Shown: piece after piece, positions 36,060 through 49,321 of the stretch
Layout of the letters: every line of letters starts with the position of its first letter
Numbering within the stretch: position 1 is the first letter of the stretch
DNA from: Octopus sinensis
Lineage: Eukaryota
DNA length: 64,000 bases
Direction of reading: 5' to 3'
Assembly (NCBI RefSeq): GCF_006345805.1
Contig: NC_043003.1
Location: 97,650,001-97,714,000, forward strand
Made by a program: the position numbers and the translations under genes
Notes under the pieces: generated by a model
Database searches by the model: none
What the model saw: only the letters and a program-made list of their open reading frames with translations
Told to the model about the DNA's origin: nothing

Positions 36060-36397
36060 GGCGCATGGCTCAGTGGTTAGAGCGTCGAGCTTACGATCGT
36101 GAGGTTGTGAGCTCGAATCCCGGACCGGGCTGCGTTTTGTGTTCTTGAGCAAAGCACTTTATTTCACGTTGCTCCAGTTCACTCAGCTGTAGAAATGAGT
36201 TGCGACGTCACTGGTGCCAAGCTGTATCGACCTTTGTCTTTCCCTTGAATAACACTAGTGGCGTGGAGAGGGGAGGCTGGTATGCATGGGCGACTGCTGG
36301 TCTTCCATAAACAACCTTGCCCGGACTTGTGTCTAGGAGGGTAACTTTCTAGGTGCAATCCCATGGTCATTCATGACCGAAGGGGGTCTTTACCCTT
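36060..36397 (+). mobile_element. tRNA-derived SINE family E, full length
   Basis: Head GGCGCATGGCTCAGTGGTTAGAGCG..GAGCTCGAATCCC (A/B boxes), core GTGTTCTTGAGCAAAGCACTT..CAGCTGTAGAAATGAGT, tail CATGACCGAAGGGGGTCTTTACC. A second copy lies at 38847. Confidence 0.88.
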
Positions 36398-36916
36398 AGG
36401 GGAACACAGGAGCAATTGCATGAGTACGTGAGGCTTGTTAAATGACAGGAATTTTGAAGTAATCACGACTATGTAAATGCCACTATTATGTTTAGAAAAT
36501 GTGTGGAGAGCCTTTTGTTGTTCTCATACATTTCCTGTTGTGAATAAGGGTTTTACGCAATGTTAATAATCAAAAACGAATTTCATGCAAGACTTCCTTC
36601 CAACTCAGAATGATATGTGGGTGTGTCTCTCTGGAGCTGCCTAGAACAGAGTCACTCATTAGGGAGATCTAAGCTTATCACTCTCATTAAGGAAAAAATG
36701 TAACATTGAATTAAATGAAATTTATTTCTCACAAAATCACAAGGCCAGAAATTTGGGTAGGGAGGGAATAGCTGGGTGTATCAACCCCAGTAGTGAGATA
36801 TTTTATTTTATCAACAATAGAATAATAAATGCTAAAGTTGATTGTAGTGGAATTTAAGCTCATTAAATTAGGTTAAATTAATAACAAAGGCACCTGTGTT
36901 GGTGCCATGTAAAAGT

Positions 36917-37278
36917 GTCTCTCTGTTTTACTCTTTTACTTGTTTCAGTCATTTGACTGTGGCCATGCTGGAGCATCGCCTTTAGTCGAGCAAATCGACC
37001 CCGGGACTTATTCTTTGTAAGCCCAGTACTTATTCTATCGGTCTCTTTTGCCGAACCGCTAAGTGACGGGGACGTAAACATACCAGCATCGGCTGTCAAG
37101 CAATGCTAGGGGGACAACCACAGACACAAACACACACATACATATATATATATATACATATATACGACAGGCTTCTTTTCAGTTTCCGTCTACCAAATCC
37201 ACTCACAAGGCATTGGTCGGCCCGGGGCTATAGCAGAAGACACTTGCCCAAGATTCCACGCAGTGGGACTGAACCCGG
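36917..37278 (-). mobile_element. 5'-truncated SINE A inserted into a family B (RTE 3' UTR) copy, ~21-bp TSD
   Basis: TSD GTGTTGGTGCCATGTAAAAGT (36896-36916) / GTGTCGGTGCCATGTAATAGT (37279-37299). Confidence 0.8.
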
Positions 37279-37513
37279 GTGTCGGTGCCATGTAATAGTA
37301 CCCCGTAAAAGTGCCCATGCTCATACTACATAAAAGCATCCAGTACACTCTGTGAAGTGGTTGGCATTAGGAAGAGCATCCAGCTGTAGAGCCCAAGCTA
37401 AAACAGACAAACAGAACACAAACAGCCCTTGAGCTGGCTAACCACTGTCAAACTGTCCAACCCATGCCAGCATTGAGAACAGAGATTAAATGATGACGAC
37501 GATGATGATGATG
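37279..37513 (+). mobile_element. RTE 3' end (family B), degenerate
   Basis: GGTTGGCATTAGGAAGAGCATCCAGCTGTAG...CCAACCCATGCCAGCAT...ATGATGACGACGATGATG. Confidence 0.75.
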
Positions 37514-38846
37514 AATACGTGTCTATTATCTGTTCTATAGTACTCAATCAACCATTTAACATTATATTCTTCACATAGGGTATGCTAACACTTTTGGACA
37601 TGAGGAAGAGATATGCCAGAAGAAAATGTTAGAGAATCCCTGCTTGATGCAATCACTTGACCAGCTAGAAATGGCAGCCAAATCTCCCTCCGATCCCATC
37701 CAACCATTTAAAAAAAAAGGAAGGATACATTAGATTGTTTTGCCCAATATCAGACCAAATTAAAGGAGAATATAGTCATGGCTGAAATGCCGCTGATATT
37801 TAAAGTTAAAATCATTTTAAAGCCAATACAATATGTAAGTGTAAGCATGGATGTAGAGTTGAGAATCTTGCTTCCCAATCATGTCATCTTGGGTTCAGTC
37901 CCACTTCATCATCATCATCATCATCATCGTCGTGGTCACCATTGTTTCAAAGTCCATTTTACAATACTCGCCTGGGTCAGACAGAATTTGTTGAGGTAGA
38001 GTTTCCACAGCTGGATGCTTGTTTTCATAACCAGAAAGGTCTTGCAAAATAGTGACATTCACAATAATCAGGCAATGTCAGTGCAAAGACACACACACGT
38101 GTGTGTGTGACAGGCTTCTACCAAATCTACACACAAGGCTTTTGTTTACTTAAGACTATAGTAGCAGGTACATGTTCAAGATGTCATGCAGTGAGATTGA
38201 ACCTGAAAACATCAGGTTGAGAAGAAAACTTCGTACTACACAGCCAAGCCTGCACCTATATCCAAATATAAAAAAAAAATAGCAACACAAGTATTTGACG
38301 ATGTTATAAATTGCCTTAAATAGCAATAAGCAGATATGAAGCATATTGTTGACAAAACTAGTGTAATACATCAATAGAGGAAATTTTCTCTGGGGCAACT
38401 CAGGAAATGTCTTGTGAAGCCAACTGTTTAACAATGAATTGCTTTGTCCATATTTTTTCTATTAATCTTGGGATCAATTTTTGATTCCTAATATTTTGTC
38501 TATATGTTATAACTGGAATGGAATACTGATTTGTGACTATTTTCAGCATTAGTTGTATTAGTTGGGCTGTTTTTAATCGGAAGTGGATTAATCAAGGATT
38601 TCTTCAGTGTTATAAACTTTAATAAACATTGAAAATATGATTGCAGAAATAAAATTCCTGAACCTATATTGGAACATAAATATTTGGAAACTATATATTT
38701 TTAACTCTCTCTCTCACTCTCTCTCTCCCTCCCTCCCTCTCTCTCCCCCTCTCTCTCTCTCCCTCCCTCTTTCTCTTTCTCTCTCTCACACACACACATA
38801 CACACACTCACTCTCTCTTTTTCTCTCTTCCTACACCTATAAACGA

Positions 38847-39161
38847 TAAAGACCCCCTTCAGCCATGAATGACCGTGGGATTGCACCTAGAAAGTTACTC
38901 TCTGAGCAAGGTTGCTTATGGAAGACCAGCAGTCACCCATGCATACCAGCCCACTCCTCTCTATGCCACTGTTGTTATCCAAGGGAAAGGCAAAGGGGCC
39001 AATACAGCTTGGCACCAGTGACGTCACAACTCATTTCTACAGCTGAGTGAACAGGAGCTATGTGAAATAAAATGTCTTGCTCAAGAACACAACACACATC
39101 CCTGTTGAACTCACTACCTCATGATTGTGAGCTCAATGCTCTAACCACTGAGTCATGCACC
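38847..39161 (-). mobile_element. SINE family E
   Basis: Reverse-complement match to 36060-36397 along its whole length. Confidence 0.85.
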
Positions 39162-39183
39162 TTCACACCTATATACTCTAATT

Positions 39184-39384
39184 CAGTGCTTTTCAAATTT
39201 TTTGCTGGAGCGGAACCCCAAGGAAACGTTCCACTGGCTCGAGGAACCCCTGTGCAGTAATTTGATAGTCTTATGCACACATATCTGCACAGGAGAATTA
39301 AAAATTACTGCTGATTTTAGCAGTTTTGTAACTTCTTGCGGAACCCCTGGACTGTACTGGCGGAACCCTGGTTGAAAACCAATG
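39184..39384. mobile_element. hAT (Charlie-like) MITE
   Basis: TIRs CAGTGCTTTTCAA / GTTGAAAACCAATG, 8-bp TSD CTCTAATT / TTCTAATT, internal GGAACCCC repeats. Confidence 0.75.
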
Positions 39385-39930
39385 TTCTAATTAACTATAT
39401 TCATTTTCAATGAACTAATCTTATCTCATACAAATACACGTCTCTTCTATCACTATTTTTCCTCTCATACAATAACACCCTGCTTCTCTTACAGGTATAC
39501 CCCTTACCAGTCAACCTTTACACTTCTTTAAGAAACCATGCCCCTCTACAACACCTACACTCTCCAATCAACTCTACTCATCTCCTACAACTATACTGTT
39601 CCTTTCCTGTATCTAAACTCCACTACTTCTGTAATTATACTTACCAATAAGTTATACTCATCACAAATTTCTGACCTGGTGTCAATGTAATTAATTTGTA
39701 ATCTTATATATAACAGTTTTAATTTTATTTGAGTGCAGATATGCACTCAGATAAAAGTAATTAATACAGTTATTTATTACACAGATTGTGACTACATGGT
39801 TTCAGGATCAGTTTTACTACATGACACCTAAGGCATGTGTCTTTTACTACAGCTTAAAATCTTTTGAAGCTTTGTAAAATTTTGTAACTGAAAACTGGAT
39901 AAAAGCCTGTTGAACACTGTTCTTATTCAC

Positions 39931-39993
<63 letters not shown>

Positions 39994-40007
39994 CATTATT
40001 ATTATTA

Positions 40008-40565
40008 TTGAGTGAGAGAGCAGTGCATGCCATCAAAGTGACACTGGGGTCAAATATACGAAGCCCAGTATACCCATCGTGACTACCTGTCTGATAAGGA
40101 TACACCAGGCACATGCATCATAACCATATGTGCATGACATGGTGATCTCATATAAAGATAAACAGCACATGACCTTGCAGGTGGGGCCCAGTTAGAATTT
40201 TCATCTGATCGAATAACCCATCCCGCTCAAAAGGTCCCTGAATAAGGATTGTTGAATGATGTTGAACAAACCACCCACGTTTCCAAAGGGGAATTATCCA
40301 AACTTCTAAGAATTCCTTTCAACACACAGCTATGATGCTCCCCCACTACTTCTGCTTGTGATCAGAGATGCACATATCGTCAGCCACTAAGAGACATGCT
40401 CAACTGGTTAAGGTCTTACAACTGACAAGCAAATCTGTGGTATTGAGCAAAATATTTGCTGTAGACCATCTTTTATACCAAGACAAAACAATGTACATGA
40501 TAACACTTCCAATCAGTTAAGATCAGAAGCCATGAGAGCCACTGTCTGGTACTTCATCAGGGCAT
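40008..40565 (-). mobile_element. ~560-bp non-coding interspersed element embedded in a (TAA)n microsatellite
   Basis: Complex sequence bounded on both sides by (ATT)n arrays (39935-40007 and 40563 onward). No ORF. Class uncertain. Confidence 0.45.
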
Positions 40566-40585
40566 TTATTATTATTATTATTATT

Positions 40586-40679
<94 letters not shown>

Positions 40680-40750
40680 TTATTATTATTATTATTATTA
40701 TTATTTTATTATTATTATTATTATTATTATTACTACTACTACTACTACTA
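40563..40750. repeat. Compound trinucleotide microsatellite (ATT)n(GTT)n(GTC)n(ATT)n(ACT)n
   Basis: Read directly from the sequence. Confidence 0.95.
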
Positions 40751-41950
40751 GTCAGCTAACTCCAATTGGTGACATTATGAGGTTCCAGAACTCCATGGTG
40801 TTTTCAAGTAGCTAAAGTGAGTTGATGGATCACCAGTTCTATCAACTGACAGTAATCCACTAACCTACTCGGTTGACCCAAGACTGGATGTTGACTGAAG
40901 AGGATCTTTTGAACAGACTGTGTTGTGTAGTTTCACTGAATAAAGATCAATACATCCAACTTCACATATGCTATACTGCTCCCCATGACTTTGCCATGAT
41001 CCTGGCTGGAGTCCAGGGATTTTTCATCATTGAAGTTAACTCCTCTCTATACACTCTATTGGATGGCTGTAGATTCTTTCAAGTTCCTCTGCTCTTTGAC
41101 AGGTTTTGTTTTTCATCTCACAAGGTGTCCAAATTACTCTCCTCATTAACAAGCTTGGTGGCATTGACAGTTTAGTTGCTGACGACTTGACCATGTGATA
41201 GGTTGTACTGGGTTACATGTTACCAGTAACCTGACATAAAAATGTAATGGCAAGTATTTATTGACCTTTTTCTTTCCTTCAAAAATCAGCACAAACTTTC
41301 TGGACACCCCAATATATAGAAAAAGATGTATTTTGTCAGATTTATTATTATACTTGTGAAAAATACTGAAAAAATTCAAGTGTTTTAAACAAGGCAAGAA
41401 CTAAATTCAAAAGTGATCTTTGAACATCCTAAATCAACACACGGAAGTCCCATCATAAGCCTTCAATATGGAAAGATAATAAAAAACAATACAGAATGTA
41501 AACAATTTCATTATCAAATGCTTCTGTTAAAATACTTTCATTAATGAATATTTCCACTCTTTCAATAGAAGCATATACAGCAATACTTCACTTTACGAGG
41601 AGCCGCTTTACAAGACCCCAAGTTTATGAGTTTTATTTTCCAAGCACAAGATCCAAATTTTGAATGATGTGCAAAAGTTTCTACTACCATAACAAATTCG
41701 TTACTGAGAAATTTATAGAGAGCGAAAAAAAGCTTCATCTAAGCAAACAATTCTAGACATGTGTTTTAAAAAGAAATCTACTAGTCTGTCTATGAGTGCT
41801 TGTGAATCGGTGATTACATCTACAAGTCATGGTGTGTATGAGTCTAGTGTCAATGAAAGTGATTCAGAAAATGATTATAATAATAGTATTTTTTATTATA
41901 AATGATCTCAACATTCTTTTTACTTTGTTCTTTATATTCTACTATTGTTT

Positions 41951-42099
41951 AAGTAGCTTGCTTACCAACCACATAGTTCCAGGTTCAGTCCCACTGCGTG
42001 GCACCTTGGGCAAGTCTCTTCTACTATAGCCTCGGGCTGACCAAAGCCTTGTAAGTGGATTTGGTAGACGGAAACTGAAAGAAGCTCATCGTATATATG

Positions 42100-42143
<44 letters not shown>

Positions 42144-42372
42144 TGTGTGTGTTGTGTGTTTGTGTGTGTATGTGTGTGAATATGTTTGTGTGTCTGTGTT
42201 TGTCCCCCCAACGTTGCTTGACAACTGATGCTGGTGTGTTTACGTCCCCGTAACTTAGCGGTTCAGCAAAATACCAAGATAGAATAAGTCCTGAGGTCGA
42301 TTTGTTCAACTAAAGGTGGTGCTCCAGCATGGCCACAGTCAAATGACTGAAACAAGTAAAGGAGTAAAAGAG
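41951..42372 (+). mobile_element. SINE family A
   Basis: AAGTAGCTTGCTTACCAACC through AAACAAGTAAAGGAGTAAAAGAG. Confidence 0.9.
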
Positions 42373-42435
42373 TATTTATTTACAAGTATCATAAATTTTA
42401 TAGGTAAAATATTTTTCTGGGAACGAATTAAGATT

Positions 42436-42561
42436 TGGCGTTAGGAAGGGCATCCAGCCATAGAAACACTGCCAGATCAGACTGGGCCTGATGCAGCCTT
42501 CTGGCTTCACAGACCCCAGTTGAACGGTCCAACCCATGCTAGCATGGAAAACGGATGCTAA

Positions 42562-42588
<27 letters not shown>
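42436..42588 (+). mobile_element. RTE 3' end (family B)
   Basis: GGCGTTAGGAAGGGCATCCAGC...(GAT)n tail. Confidence 0.85.
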
Positions 42589-42592
<4 letters not shown>

Positions 42593-42861
42593 TTGCTACT
42601 ATACGAAATTATTGCTCTGCTTTATGAGTTTTCACTTTACGAGGTTTTACCGTAGTGATGATTCACTATAAAAGTAACACATTTTAGGAACAGAAGTATC
42701 TATTTCTTTCTGTTTATGTTCACATTTTGATAATGATGACACTATTTATGTATAAATCCTTGTTGATTATTAATTTAATCTTCGCATTAAATAATTAAGG
42801 TAGAAAATATTTACATTCTAATTAAAGTACAAGGGGAAGTCAAAAATTATCTGCACTTTCA

Positions 42862-43150
42862 CCATCATCACCATCATCATCATCATCGTTTAACGTCCGT
42901 TCTCCATGCTAGCATGGGTTGGACGGTTCGACCGGGGATCTAGGAAGCCAGAAGGCTCCACCAGGATCCAGTCTGATCTGGCAGTGTTTCTACAGCTGGA
43001 TGCCCTTCCTAACGCCAATCACTCTGTGAGTGTAGTGGGTGCTTTTTACATGCCAGGCGAGGCTAGCAACGGCCACAATTGGATTGGTGCATTTTACATG
43101 CTACCGGCACGGAAGCCAGTCGAGGCGGCGCTGGCATCAGCCATATTCGG
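42862..43150 (-). mobile_element. RTE 3' end (family B) with UTR modules
   Basis: (CAT)n-CGTTTAACGTCCG..CATGCTAGCATGGG..GATGCCCTTCCTAACGCC..GCTTTTTACATGCC. Confidence 0.85.
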
Positions 43151-43194
43151 ATTGCCACACTGCCTTCTGTGCAGGCATGCTTATAGTTGGTACT

Positions 43195-44075
43195 GCTGTG
43201 GTCACGTGATTGAAGTTTGAGCCTCATTGCACCATTTTTCTTTCTGGCTTTACAGTGTAAGCATAGCCACTCTGCTAGCAATGTGCACTAAAGAAGAACA
43301 AAGAGCAGTGATCCAATTTCTCTGGAAAAGGGGCATATGATCAACAGTACAAGATACAGTGTTTTGCTGGTCAACAAACTGAAGCCAGAAATTCGCACCA
43401 AATGCCGAAGTCTATTGTCGGAGAAAGTTTTGTCGTTGCATGATAATATATGCCTACACACAGCTGCCCAGTCCACTGAAACCATTAACCAATTGGGTTT
43501 TGAGGTTCTTTCAATGGCTGCTGTGCATGACTGTGGCTTTGAACTGGTTGATCACCCTCCCTATTCTCCTGATTTGACCCCACCTGACTATCATCTGTTC
43601 CCTAAAATGCAAAATTAGGGTTAGAGTTACCCTAAACCTAACCTTAACTTGGCCAGGAACCAATATTTATTTCTTTATTGCCTACAGGGGGCTAAACATA
43701 GAGGGGACAAACAAGCACAGACAAAAGGATTAAGTTGATTACATCGACCCCAGTGCGTAACTGGTACTTACTGAATCGACCCCGAGAGGATGAAAGGTAA
43801 AGTCGACCTCGGCAGAATTTGAACTGAACTCAGAATCGCTAAACATTTTGCCCAGTGGGCTAACGATTCTGCCAGAGTGATAATGATGTCATATCTGCTG
43901 CTGATAACTTTTGGGGGCAACAAGATGAAAGCTTCTTCACTAATGGGATCCATGCACTGCAACACCAATGGGGGAAGTGTGTGGATTGCTAGGGAGACTA
44001 TGTTGGAAAATAACCCTCATTTGGACACATTCTATGAGAGTATCTTGGTCAGCCTGTGAACTTTTCAGCCAACCA
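43195..44075 (+). mobile_element. Internally deleted mariner, split by a SINE D insertion
   Basis: N-terminal MCTKEEQRAVIQFLW, then LHDN..HPPYSPDLTPPDYHLFPKM. After the SINE it continues FFTNGIHALQHQWGKCVD and ends GTGAACTTTTCAGCCAACC. Confidence 0.8.
43663..43878 (-). mobile_element. SINE family D (tail type 1, Tx1-like)
   Basis: TTTATTGCCTACAGGGGGCTAAACATAGAGGGGACAAAC tail, core CGACCCCAGTGCGTAACTGGTAC, and head ...ACGATTCTGCCAG. Confidence 0.88.
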
Positions 44076-44778
44076 TCAAAGTAAGAAAATTAAACAAAGA
44101 AAAGTAGAGAACATGATTTTATTTAACAGACACAAATACAAGTTAATACACTTCTAAAGCAGAGTGTGTTTAATCCTTATCAATCCACATGAAGTAAAGA
44201 GCAAAACTAGTTTTGATACCTTGTATGCAAATTAACCAATTTCACAAACGAGATCTGTTTACACAATATGGGACAAGTATTCAAGGAATTCTGGAAGCTA
44301 GATAAGAGGTTCATTACTGTATTACATCCTAGCCTTCCATACTGAAGACTGGTGGCAGTAATTTTAGAGCCCAATAGAATATGTACCAGACTAAAAATTA
44401 ATACCAGGTTGATTTGTTTGACCAAACACCTCAAGGTAGCGGTCCAGCATGGCCACAGTCTTATAACTGAAATAAATAAAGAATTGTCAACATGTTAGGC
44501 TGTCGGTTTGTTTGTTGAACTCTACTACTTTGGTACATGTGAATTTGTTTCTGTGATTACTGTTATTTGTTACTGTGAATATTATTATTGTTTTTCAAAA
44601 AAAAAAAAAAGAACTGCTAATTGCTTTCTTCGAAAGCTAGTTGTTGAAATTCCCCCCTGCGGGGGAATTATTGTTATCCTGTGGCTATTTAAGCCATTTT
44701 TGTGAAAAGGCTTCTGAAGTCATCTCTTGCGAAAGGCTTTTTAAGCCAATTTTTGAAAGGCTTTTTAGCTAACTCATT

Positions 44779-45764
44779 ATGGAAACACCAATTTCCTACT
44801 CACCTGTGTCAGGTGAAGAAGACAGTCCACCGGCGATAACGCCAGAAAAACAAAAGGGAAATACACCAGCTACCTCACCAAAGAAATTCGCAGAGGTAGC
44901 TGGTAAAAAAGTGAAGAAAATAAATACAGAAAGGTCCAACCTGGAGAAATATACACACGTATTAAAAAGGAATGGAACAGAAATAACAGTAGCTTCAACA
45001 GAGGAAGAGACAGATGCTGTGAACAGGATAAGAATAATTTACAAAACATACAGTATAGAAAAGAAAATGATACAGCAAATTGAAGAGAACAAAATAGAAA
45101 AATGCCTCAAATCACCTACATCAACCGAGGAAAAAGATCCAGGACGGTGGAGGTAAGATTTAAAACGGAGGAGGCAGCAAAGAGGTACTCGTCGGAGACA
45201 CTAAGAACAGAGGAGGTGGTTCTTCTTCCAACATATATGGGAAGGAGAACCTCAAAAATAAATATAAATAATATCTCCACTGAGGTGGATGCCACTTGCT
45301 TAGTGGCAGCAATAACCCTAGGTCTGGAGGAAAAAATAAATATTCCCCAGGCCTCAGTGGTAGAGGAAGACTGGTGGAGAGGCCAGAGCTTGACAATGGC
45401 AATTCAAGCCGAGGTGACTACACTCGAGGAAATCTCAGAAGCCATAAATGTTGGCGGAGGAGAGCGACTCATAGTCCACGTAGAAGGCAGAAAGCCGAGA
45501 TCCTGCAACTGCGGGTTGAAGGGCCATATAAGGGCCGAGTGCCCACCAAAAGAAAAGGAAAGAAGGGAGGAAGCACCGGAGGAGGCAGCAGCGATACCAG
45601 CAGAAGCACCAGTACCAACACCTAAACGGAAAAAATTGAAGAGAAAGACAGAGAGGAGGGGTGGTCGACAATTTCTAAGAAAAAGACAAAACACAGTCCA
45701 CCCCTCCCAAAGTGAATTTAAAAAAGAAAGAAAACACATACATGGCCATAAAAGCCTCAAATAA
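44779..45764 (+). pseudogene. Tx1 ORF1 (zinc-knuckle nucleic-acid-binding protein), frameshifted
   Basis: ORF pieces 44779-45156 and 45102-45764, with degenerate knuckle SCNCGLKGHIRAEC and a basic C-terminus. Confidence 0.8.
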
Positions 45765-45999
45765 TAGACTGGTCAACCGTTTGGCAGTTATCCCAACTGC
45801 CAAACGAGTTGAAAAAACGACTTCAAAAGACTTTCATATCTACAGGATAGGCCGGAAGAATTACGGGCGGATTAAATCCGAATTTTTCCACGACGTAGTC
45901 CCTCTAAGAATGGATTTTTCTCCATATATTTACGAGGGCCTACGTCCAAATACGCCACGAACCCGGGAAAAAGAAAAAGAGAATGAAGGAACGCCGAAC

Positions 46000-48900
46000 C
46001 AAGCTGGAAGCAGGGTCGCTTCCTTAATGATATCAGGTCGCGGAATTTGGATGTTATTGTTGCTACAGAAACCCGGGTAGAGGGGCCAAGAGATCTACTC
46101 CCGCTGTTGAACGGCTACGAGAGTTTTTTCTCTCTAGGTGGTCCTTTCAGCGCGAGTGGGGTGTTGGTCCTATTAAAAAGAAACCGGGTTTTTGAGAAAA
46201 AGTTAATTTTTTCAGATCCAGAAGGTAGGCTAGTCGTCATGGATTTGACGTTCAGTAACGGTAAAGTTATCAGACTGGTTGCAATTTATGCACCCCAAAA
46301 AAACTGGGCAAAGTGAGTATTTTCGAGAGCTGGGGAAGTTTCTTAATACTTCACATTCATTAGTTGTGTTAGGAGACTATAACACAATTTGCAAGGCGGA
46401 TGTAGATTGTGTTGGCTCGTGTACAGATAGAAAGGGTAACCATGGCTTCCTGGGACTGCTAAGACGCTTTGAATTGGCAGATCCTTATAGGTTAGAATTT
46501 CCAAACGCTCCATTGTGGACATGGTCAAATAGCGACGGATCTTCCAGGTCGTACATAGACAGAGTACTAATTAGAAAAGCAGATCGAGAAATAGCTAAGT
46601 GTCCACAGTTTTACCCGGTCAGCTACAGTGATCATAAAATGGTCACTTGTAAGCTTGACATGGATAAGGTATATAATAGAGGTTCCGGTTATTGGAAACT
46701 TAATACGTCCCTTTCGGCGATTAAGGAGTACAGAGACCAGATTAGGACTTTGATTCAGAGGGTGCTATCTGGTGCCATCATTAATAATAAATGGTGGCAT
46801 GCTCTCAAACGGGCCATTAAATTCGAGTCTATTAGATATAGCATAGGATTAGTGGCTAGAGAGGCTAGGAGGGGATCAACTCTAGTTAAGGAATTAGAGG
46901 AAGCCATGAAAACTGGCTCTACGGCTCAGGTGACGGCCAAGAGACTGGCGTTAAACCAGCACTTCGAGGCCAAACATATGGGCTGCATTGTCAGGGCTAG
47001 GATCCGCGCAGTGGGTTGTGAGGGAATCAACGCCGCAGGATGGGCCCGAGTGGTGGAGGCTCAACGTGGTAATGATGCCACAATTCGATCTTTGACGAAC
47101 CAACAAGGTAAGTTGATAGACGAACCCGAGGAGATGTGTGAGGCCTTTCAGGAGCACTTCGCTCAGCTTTTCGGTGGGGGCGGCGGACCGGACAGTAGGA
47201 GGGACTTTACGGACCTCCTCGACGGGCTGCTGCGCCTATCGGGGCGAGACGCAGAGAGCTGTGAAGGGCCGATCACGCCTGAGGAGGTGGCTGAGGCTAT
47301 GGCGGACTGCGGCGCAGGTAAGGCGCCAGGTCTGGATGGTCTACCCTATGAGTTATATAAGAGAATGCCAGACTTGTTCGGGTACCTACTGGCGGATGTC
47401 TACGCGAACTGGCAGCAGAACGGGTTTATTCCCAGATCTGTGCGCCGGGGAGTAGTGACGCTTGTCAGAAAGGACCCGAACAAGGGGGATTGTATTGATA
47501 ATTTCCGGCCCATCACTCTGCTAAACACAGAGTTGAAGATTTTTGCCAAAGTGTTATCGAAAAGATTGGCGCGTGTCGCGGATGGTCTGATCTGGGAGGC
47601 ACAGACATGTGCCGTTCCCGGCAGAACCATTCAGGATAATCTCCATCTTATGCGGTACACTTTAGAGGGGTTTAATAGTCATTCTGGCAAGGGTAGGGCA
47701 CTGGTCCATTTAGACCAATCTAAAGCTTTTGATAGGGTCGACCATCACTACCTGGTGTCCGTTCTGGCACAGTTCGGCCTGGGCCTTGGCTTCCTCAGGT
47801 GGATCATTCAGATTTATGACAACATCGACTCGGTAGTTCGGGTGAACGGCTTCTTTTCGAAGCCGTTCAACATCAAACGCTCGGTTCGTCAAGGGTGTCC
47901 GCTCTCCCCGCTTTTGTACGTGATGGCTCTTGAGCCATTACTGCGAAAATTGAGCGGCATCCCGAGACAGCCAGGTTGTGGAAAATCGGTGTCATCCTAC
48001 GTGGATGACATCACCATCATCGTAACCGAAATGGATCACCTACAGAGGGTAGGCTAGGCCATAGAGGTTTACGAGATGGTGGCAGGAGCAAAAGCTAATC
48101 GTGAAAAGTCAGTCGGCTTGCAGCTCGGCACCTGGAGAGGCAAGTCGATGCCTCCCGACAGCGTCGTGGGACGTTGGACGGAGGGTCCGATTAAGTTGCT
48201 AGGGGTTTGGTTTGGACCAGACCTCCAAATAGAGAAGAACTGGGCCGAGGTATTGGGCAGGGTGGCTGCAGTAGTCAAGACTTGGTCTTGGCGGTGGCTA
48301 TCCTTGAAAGGAAGGGAGGAGGTAGCCAATGTGTTTATCGCATCGGTCATTACCTACCGCCTATCCGTCGTTCCTTGCCCTGATTCGTGGTTGACCAAGC
48401 TGGAAAGACAGCTCTTTCACTTTTTGTGGAGGGGCTGGAAACCGCTTGTGAAACGCTCTACTTGCTGTCAACAACCGTTAAAGGGTGGGCTAGGGATGCC
48501 TTGGCTGTTGATGCGCAGATATGCGCTGAGGTTGGAGCATCTGTGGTTCTACCTGGATGGTGAACGGGTGTGGTCTCCGCTGGCTAAACTGATGTTTCCC
48601 AAGTTCACTAGTTTCGGTGGACGGGAAACGTGGTTGAATCGAAGATCGAAACTGGGCACATGGTTTATGGAGCGTCGCAAGGCTCTCCTGCTATTCCGTC
48701 GCTCGGGCAACGCCTGCGGTGGGAGTTACACCACATTCTTTTATAGAGGGCTGATAGAGGCGAAATGTGAAGATACTTTAGAGGAAACCCTAGGTCTCGA
48801 TGATAATCAGCTGGCCAGTCTGTTCCGACGTACATTCAGGCCGAAGACCCTGGACAACTTTCAGAAGTCTCTAGCATGGCAGTGTTACAGAGGTGCTCTA

Positions 48901-49321
48901 CATGTTCGGGACAAACTCGCAAGGCATGGTGGCCGAGGCAGTCCGACATGTTCAAGATGCGAGCGGGATAGGGAAACCGTCCCGCACACTATTGTTCAAT
49001 GTCCGGAGGTGTCAGAGGTGTGGGTTTATGCCGAACAACTCGACTGAGTTTATTATAAAAATTGACCCACCGGATTTCCTCTCGAAAGAAGGTAAGAATT
49101 GTTTTCTCAGTGTAGTTGCAATTGCGAGAGAGGTTATTTGGAAGAAGAGGCTGAAAGATATAGAGTCAGGCAATTTCATCTCTGGCCCTGGATTGATGAA
49201 TTACTTCATCTTCCACCTGAAAAGGAAAATAGGGTTGGAGAGAAAATGCCTGACTGAGAAAGTGTTCAAAAAACGATGGAAGAATGTAGCACAGATGTTG
49301 CGTATGAATGGTACCGCATAA
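46000..49321 (+). pseudogene. Tx1 ORF2: APE endonuclease, reverse transcriptase and C-terminal zinc-binding region, frameshifted
   Basis: DVIVATET, LVAIYAP, VVLGDYN, SYIDRVL, SDH, YWKLN, KAPGLDGLP, FRPITLLN, LDQSKAFDRV, RQGCPLSP, YVDD, GGLGMP, CSRC..ETVPH..C. One stop (TAG ~48056) and several frameshifts. Confidence 0.92.

Larger units (their letters stand above)
41578..42652 (+). mobile_element. Tigger/pogo-like non-autonomous DNA transposon interrupted by SINE A and a family B copy
   Basis: Ends TA|CAGCAATACTTC and GAGGTTTTACCG|TA, subterminal ACTTTACGAG repeats, and remnant KKASSKQTILDMCFKK resembling Tigger C-termini. Confidence 0.55.

Noticed and set aside
36060-36135. Possible genuine tRNA gene (and similar heads in families A and D)
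   Set aside because: It has A/B boxes but no proper cloverleaf acceptor stem or terminator, and it continues into a multicopy SINE body.
40760-41200. Moderate-complexity segment that might be coding
   Set aside because: No recognisable motif or clean splice boundaries in any frame.
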